From Octopus vulgaris (lineage: Eukaryota): a stretch of 64,000 bases of DNA. Within the stretch, counting starts at the first letter, position 1, and the number at the start of each line of letters is the position of its first letter. Location of the stretch: the NCBI GenBank assembly GCA_951406725.2, contig OX597817.1:149544001-149608000 (forward strand), written 5' to 3'. The position numbers and the translations under genes are program-made. Positions 57,001 to 64,000 of the stretch are shown piece after piece. Under the pieces are notes generated by a model that was not told the origin of the DNA, ran no database searches, and worked only from the letters and a program-made list of their open reading frames with translations.

Positions 57001-57640
57001 TAGGAGAGATACCCGACGTTGCTCGGGATTAAATTGCCATAGTTTGTATATAATATATTAGAGTTATGTTGAAACAGGTGATATGGGAAAGTGCAGCATT
57101 GACAGCAAAGTATTTGTGGAATAAATGATGGGCTAATTCGACTAAGCAACATGCTATGTGTCTGTTTGGAGTATTTCAGGCCCTAACCTGCCATGGAAAA
57201 TTGGGTGGGGAGGGGTTATGTGGTTTTTGAAGGCACCAAAGAGCTATCAGTGGATATACTCTTTTTTGCAGCAATCAGCGCTGTGTCTAACACAACCCAT
57301 CATCTGAGATTTTGACAACTTCGGATTTGTTGTACTACATCACTCAGAAAGTAAATTTGAAGGAACTGTGGTTGTTCATTTGTGGGCAACAGGGAACCAA
57401 TGAGGTGATAGACTTGCCCTTGACCTTTGACGTCGGCGTAAATTTATGTTTAACAATCTTGTTAGATGCAGTAAACGATGTCATTTGAAATGCAGAGTTG
57501 TATTGTCTGATATTGTTCAGAAAATCCTTTGACTGGATGGAAGTGCCTTCTAGAGGATCCATAAGAGGTTGAGAAGGAGCTGGTACTGCTGGCAATGTTA
57601 CCTGACAACCTGAGCAACATTTGTTTCATTTGAAAATTTT
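57000..57640 (-). mobile_element. Helitron 3' end with Rep fragment (element may extend to about 60465)
   Basis: Minus strand ends in hairpin CCCGAGCAACGTCGGG, 8 nt, CTAG|T; CCSGCQVTLP..P..PL..LEG....SKDFLNNIRQYNSAFQMTSF...VYHLIGSLLP matches the Helitron Rep N-terminal region. Confidence 0.85.
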
Positions 57641-57819
57641 AAACCGCTACAGAAACGACAGTTTAGCACACCAATTTGGACAGTTATCAGTTTTATAAGA
57701 ATGCGATGGATCATATCTGAAAACAGCTTCAGGAGTTGTGAAGAACGGATTTGTACGTAATCTGTTTCTGAGAGCTATTCTATTGGACCTCTGTCTAATC
57801 ATTAAAACATTGATTTAAT

Positions 57820-58172
57820 GATTGCAGCGTGGAATGTGTTTATAAACCATTTAAGAAACACACAAAAACCGTTAGATTCACTTCAACATTTAAATTTAAT
57901 TTGTCAAAATATTTTCGTCGCTTTGAGACCGCGACCTGTTCACTGACAAAATTCCGTTCACTGACAAAATTCCGATGCAGCACGGAATTTTTTCAGTGAA
58001 CAGATCGCGGTCTCAAAGCGACGAAAATATCTTGACAAATTAAATTTAAATGTTGAAGTGAATCTAACGGGTTTTGTGTTTTTTAAATGGCTTATAAACT
58101 TTCAGGCTGCAATTGTTTTCGTTCCAGCACATGATCTCAGATCAGGTCACTTGCTATGCAAGTACATCTCTG
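57820..58172. mobile_element. Second copy of the long palindromic G3-C8 hammerhead-like element
   Basis: Homologous to 21074-21412; centre TGCAGCA. Confidence 0.8.
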
Positions 58173-59213
58173 TAATTGAATTAAGGATCCAGCATTAAGT
58201 GCTGCAGCATGCATTTGCTTATCTTGGGAAAGTCTCATCTCCCTTCTCTCTTGAGACTCCGTCTGACGTGCTGCAGCATGCCTTTGCTGATCTTGAGAAA
58301 ATCACATCTCGTTTCTCTCTTCAGACTCTCGACTTCGGTTTTCTACAGTCCTCCTTACTTTATACTTGTTTTTGGAGAGATTATGTTTTTTCTTTGGTGG
58401 CATAGTTTTTTCTATACTGTAAACAAAAGATTATCAAAATAGAAAGAAATTATACATTAATCCCTATTTTTGTAAGCAGTTGTATGTACGTAGAATGTTT
58501 TTATTTTTGTATGCAGTATAAATTAACCATATAGAAGTACATTATGAACTGCTAATTTAACGGTAAATGCCACAATAATTATTATTATACATATTTTTCT
58601 TAATATACATATATTAAGCACATGTATTAAATGTTAATTTAAGAGTAAATATGTAACTGTAAATACCGTGCAACCTTGCAACTGCTGCGATAATTATGAA
58701 CTGGTAACTGAACGGTAAATGTGTATTTTTATATACCTTGGACCTGCCACCTCATTGTGTTTTGTCAAGGGTTTCACCTCCAGCCTTTCGTTATATCAGT
58801 CAACACATACACTGACAGACCATTCTGCTGTGGTGGCCGTAAAGACGAAAAGTTACCGATGCGTAATGTTGTTCACATTAGGATGTAAATTATTCATCTA
58901 TTTCAAATATTATAGAAATAAGATGATCTTAATGTTTTCACATTAGAATTTCTTTATTATAGTATAGATGTGACTAATTCGGCGAAACATTACTTTCATT
59001 ATTGAAACATCGTCAGTCTTGTAATGCAACACTTTGTAATTTTGGTCAAAATTGAAAGTGCGAAACGATTTTAACTTTCTAATGAAACCTGGTTGTTGTG
59101 GAGCAGTGTCCTTTAAATAACTATTGCTGGTTTTTGAGATAACGTAGAATATATGTAAATGAAAATATAGTTTATTTGATAGCCCAAACATTATTGAATA
59201 TTTTGATACCCCA

Positions 59214-59349
59214 TAAGTCAAAATGGGCAACCCAATTTTGGAATGCATAAAGAACATACGCATGCGTACACACACGAACGCACACACACATACACACACA
59301 CACTCACACACATACACACTTACACACACACACTCTCTCCTTCTCTCTC

Positions 59350-59401
<52 letters not shown>

Positions 59402-59799
59402 TCACTTTTAGAGCATACATAAGGCATGAAACATCAGCATTTCTCTGTCAACCGCTATCCCTAAGTCAAAATGGGCAACCCAATTTTGGAATGCATAAGG
59501 AACATACGCATGCGTACACACACGAACGCACACACACATACACACACACACTCACACACATACACACTCACACACACACACTCTCTTCTCTCTCTCTCTC
59601 TCTCTCTCCCTCTCACTTTTAGAGCATACATAAGGCATGAAACATCAGCATTTCTCTGTCAACCGCTATCCCTAAGTCAAAATGGGCAACCCAATTTTGG
59701 AATGCATAAGGAACATACGCATGCGTACACACACGAACGCACACACGCATACACACATACACTCACACACATACACACTCACACACACACACACTCTCT

Positions 59800-59843
<44 letters not shown>

Positions 59844-59900
59844 CTTTTAGAGCATACATAAGGCATGAAACATCAGCATTTCTCTGTCAGCCGCGATCCC
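59214..59900. repeat. Three-unit tandem repeat (about 210-250 bp) with internal (CA)n and (CT)n
   Basis: Units start TAAGTCAAAATGGGCAACCCAATTTTGGAATGC at about 59214, 59462, 59673. Confidence 0.92.
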
Positions 59901-60442
59901 TGTCTTTCATCTTCTCCTATAGAAATTTGTTTTCTGTCTCTGCTTCTTCCTCTTGTCTCTGTCTTTTTCTCCATTTTGTGTTCCTTCCGCTCATTCCGTA
60001 AAAATGTATTTGAAGACAGTAGAAATTGAAAGAAGAGAAAGCGAAAAGGACAGAGAGAAAGAAAGTGAAAGAGATGAGAAAGTGAAAAATGTATGTACGT
60101 GTATATGAAATAGACGTGTGTGTGTGTGTGTATGCGTGCGCGTGTGTGTGAGAAGGAGAAAGAGAGAGAGTGAGTGAATGAGTGAGTGAGTGAGTGAGTG
60201 AGTGAGTGAGTGAGTGAGTGAAGGTGTGTGTCGTAATGATTGATTTCTTTTAATTTACACACACACATATAGAAAATGTGACGTCATCGTCGTCATCGTA
60301 TAAAATGTTTACAATAGTTGATTTATGGAAAAAATTATGTTAAATTTTTGAAATGCAAATATGTGAATGGAAATTAAGTTTAGTTTGTAGACGAAATAGT
60401 ACTGAATCTTTTGATACTCCATGGTTTTGGAATGTATTAGGA

Positions 60443-60520
<78 letters not shown>

Positions 60521-60683
60521 TAGTTGTATACTGTCAACTTAATGTGACAATCCCATGAAAGGAATCACACCACTGCTATTTAGCCCTAGGAAGCATCAAC
60601 GCTTCCTGTCGGCCTTGACACATTTCCTGTGTCCTTATGTTTACAAGGGGGAGACAAGCACACCCACTCAGCTAAGCCTGCAG

Positions 60684-60724
60684 CCAGAGACTAGTTTCTG
60701 AGTCTTTGCTCGTCATCAGTCTGG
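60684..60724 (-). ncRNA. Minimal type I hammerhead ribozyme
   Basis: CCAGA-CTGATGA-C-GAG-caaaga-CTC-A-GAA-ACTAGT-C-TCTGG: 5-bp stem I, palindromic stem III, GUC site. Confidence 0.75.
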
Positions 60725-61686
60725 AGTAGCATGGCCTGCTAGCTGGAGATGCCTGTCTAGGCCTTGCAAACATATAAGAACTCTAGTGAAATAAATCCAT
60801 CCACTGGTTACAAAAATAGAAATATTACATTTCTAAATATGACGAGAAAATTATTCCATCAATGTATTTATAATGGCCGTATTTCGTATACATCCGTCTC
60901 TTGAATGAAGAGGTTGAGAGTTCGTATTCATTCATGCATATTTCTCGTTGTTGTGCTCTGGGTCAGACATCGGTTGTAACACGCTCAATTTCCTTGCCAT
61001 CAGCACATCTGGTAAGATGAGAAAAATAGAAATTACTAGTTGAATTAAAGAGCTTTCTTAATTATCAGATGAAGAAGTCTAAGCCACAGATTCATCAATT
61101 TCATGCATCGTCTGCTATAAGCAAGCTGAATACTACGGATCACTATTTTCGTCTTCCATTGTGCTGTTCTTTTACATTCACTGCATTTTAAGTCTGTCCA
61201 TTTTCTTTTCTATATTATCTAGCCACACAATCCACGTAATTCTTGATTTTCATCTTCATCTCTTTCCATTCATTTTGTCTTAATGTCTCTCTAAAAGATT
61301 CCTTGCTTTGTCTTTTTTCTAATTACGTGTCCAAAATATTTTAGATTTTTTTCTCTTTGAAGGTGTCCAACAAAATTTTGTTAGCTTTTGCAGTTTTAAA
61401 TACCTTATTGATCATGTATTCTGTCCATGATATTCGCAAAAGTCTTCTATTTGATTGCATAATAATACTTTTGTCAATGTCCAAGTTTCAGCTTCATAGA
61501 GTAGAGTGAACAATACAAAACATTTTAAGACTCTTTTGATTTCGATATTAATAACTCTTGATGTTAATATTTTTGATATTTTTCAAATGATTTTCTAACT
61601 GCTTCAACCCTTCTTTTCATTTATTTCATATTTCCCAGTTTCTATTTTCATATGTTTCAGGATGTTGACTTGCCTTCAGTTTTAGG

Positions 61687-62262
61687 AAGGCGGCATGCTG
61701 GCAGAAATGTTAGCACGCAGGACGAAATGCTTAACGCCATTTCGTCTGCCGCTACGTTCTGTGTTCAAATTCCGCCGAGGTCGACTTTGCCGTTTCGTCC
61801 TTTCGGGGTCGATTAAATAAGTACCAGTTACGCACTGGTGTCGATGTAATCGACTTAATCCCTTTGCCTGTCCTTGTTTGTCCCCTCTGTGTGTAGCCCC
61901 TTGTGGGCAGTAAAGAAATAGGTATTTCGTCTGTCTTTACATTCTGAGTTCAGATTCCGCCGAGGTCGACTTTGCCTTTCATCCTTTCGGGGTCGATTAA
62001 ATAAGTACCAGTTACGCACTGGGGTCGATGTAATCGACTTCATCCGTTTGTCTGTCTTTGTTTGTCCCCTCTGTGTTTAGCCCCTTCTGGGCAGTAAAGA
62101 AATAGGTATTTCGTCTGTCTTTACGTTCTGAGTTCAAATTCCATCGAGATCTACTTAGCCTTTCATCATTTCGGAGGTCGATAAGCTATGTACTGGGGTC
62201 GATCTAATCGACTGGCTCCCTCCCCAAAAATTTTGAGCCTTGTGCCTAGAGTAACAAAGAAT
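61687..62262 (+). mobile_element. SINE family A trimer
   Basis: One head and three bodies; junctions AAAGAAATA|GGTATTTCGTC at about 61920 and 62104. Confidence 0.9.
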
Positions 62263-62309
62263 ATTTATTTTAAGGGCCTTTTGCTTCTTTCCGATCGTTC
62301 TTTTATTTG

Positions 62310-62708
62310 TTTGTTTGTTTAAGTCATTTGACTGCGGCCATGCTGGTGCACCGCCTTTATCGATCCCAGGACTTATTCTTTGTAAGCCAAGTATTTATTC
62401 TATCGGTCTCTTAAGCTGAACCGCTAAGTTACGGGGACGTAAACATACAAGCATCGGTTGTCAAGTGATGGTGAGGGGACACAGACACAAACACATACAC
62501 ACACATATATACACACACACATATGTATATATATATATATATATACATATATACAATGGGCTTCTTTCAGTTTCCATCTACCATATTCACTCACAAGGCT
62601 TTGGTCGGCCCGAGGCTATAGGAGAAGACACTTGCCCAAGGTGCCACGCAGTGTGACTGAACCCGGAACTATGTGGTTGCTAAGCAAGCTATTTATACAC
62701 AGCCACTC
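62310..62708 (-). mobile_element. SINE family B
   Basis: Matches family B. Confidence 0.85.
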
Positions 62709-63147
62709 ATTGCTTATTTTGCATTCCATATTTCCCATTCCATATAACATTCCTTTTGCCATTTACTATTGTCACTAGGTCCCGTAGATCACCTCTCTTG
62801 AAATCTAATAAGACGTCTAAGGCTGTCGTTGTTGTTTTGTTATTATTATTGATCATACTTCTTATCGACACTATTGTCATGTCGTCTGCGTGTTAGAAGA
62901 TCTCAGTTTATAGGCTAAATAAAGAAGAGCTTACTGTAGAGCCTTCCTTGATTCTTTCCTTAATTTTAAATTCTGAGGTTTTCCTCCTTCAGTCTTTACA
63001 GTTGTTGATTACTCCCAGTAGAATTTTTGTTAGTTGTAAATCTTCATCATATTCTTTTCAGTTCTAACAGACATTCGACTTTCTGTCAAATGCATTGATA
63101 TAACATATGAAGCATATGTTAGCATCTCGAATTATTTCTAGAGAACT

Positions 63148-63380
63148 TTATTTCTTTACTGCCCACAAGGGCTAAACATAGAGGTGACAAACAAGCACAG
63201 ACAAAGGGATTAAGTCGATTATATCGACCCCAGTGCGTAACTGGTACTTATTTAGTCGACCCCGAAAGGATGAAAAGTAAAGTCGACCTTGGCGGAGTTT
63301 GAACTCAGAACGTGACGGCAGACGAAATACGGGTACGCATTTCGCCCGGCTTGCTAACGTTTCTACCAGCATGCTGCCTT
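63148..63380 (-). mobile_element. SINE family A
   Basis: Reverse complement of the family A copies. Confidence 0.88.
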
Positions 63381-64000
63381 GCTGAAGAACTTTCTGTCTT
63401 TCGTTTTTAGATTTGGCTTGCAAAATTCTTTATGTGAGTTCGAGTATTGAAGCATATTCTGTTGTGTCTGGGGAGATTCATTCTCTTTTAGTACCTTATT
63501 ATTTAACACACTCACCGGTAAAATTTCCACTCATTTACTTATTTATTTTTATAAAATTCTCGTTGCGTCTTGCAACCTTTTCGAAAGTTGTTGTCTTCTG
63601 TCTTTCATCGACATTCATTGTTTTTTTATCTCTACTTATTTTGAGATTTTGCTGCCATTAGAAGTTACAAAATTAATCGTAGGCGTTCTTTTCTCACCAT
63701 CGCGCTTTTCTTTTATCTTTCCATCCCGTCTAGATACAATCTTCTCATGATCAAGCAGTAGGTTCGTTTCGCTTTGTTTTATCTTCAATGTTATCACTTT
63801 GTTTACTCATGTATTTTCTGTTTATGGTGTTATTTATTTTTATCGTTCATTCCTTTGGATATATATGCTGCTTAATAAGTTTTTTAACTACTTGACATTG
63901 ATCATCCAACATTTCGGTCTTTGCTTTTCTGCATTCAGAGCAGATCTCTTTATTTAAAATGTTATAATCTAGCTCGATCTCTTTTCTTCTACTTTTCTGA

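Larger units (their letters stand above)
61140..64000 (-). mobile_element. Old RTE-clade LINE (RT) interrupted by SINEs
   Basis: ICFI.Y.NAFD (about 63090), IKEGSTVSSSLF (QG motif, about 62930), HADDMTI (about 62880), LLYEAETWTL, RRLLRISW, LKYFGHVIR (61330-61520). Confidence 0.75.

Overview
AT-rich eukaryotic (animal) DNA full of (TA)n, (CA)n, (TAGA)n, (CATA)n, (GA)n and trinucleotide microsatellites and tRNA-derived SINEs. The repeat content strongly suggests a cephalopod (Octopus-type) genome; this is inferred from recognising the repeats, not from a database search. I found no host protein-coding exon I can support, so the window is probably intronic or intergenic; there are possible non-coding 5' exons at about 4-6 kb. 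Nearly all listed ORFs are microsatellite or SINE read-throughs. The real protein-coding remnants are all transposon-derived: (1) a near-complete CR1/L2-group LINE at 30450-35130 whose 5'UTR and ORF1 (Myb/SANT-like domain plus four CCCH fingers) are inverted relative to ORF2 (APE-RT), with a 19-bp duplicated junction typical of twin priming; (2) a Penelope-like element (RT plus GIY-YIG); (3) R4/Dong-like RLE fragments; (4) RTE fragments; (5) an RNaseH/CCHC LINE 3' end; (6) a Helitron; (7) mariner- and Tigger-type MITEs. The most striking hidden layer is a set of short non-coding, often palindromic elements in TA microsatellites that carry minimal hammerhead ribozyme folds. Their core 3-8 base pair occurs as canonical C3-G8 and as compensatory G3-C8 and U3-A8 variants.
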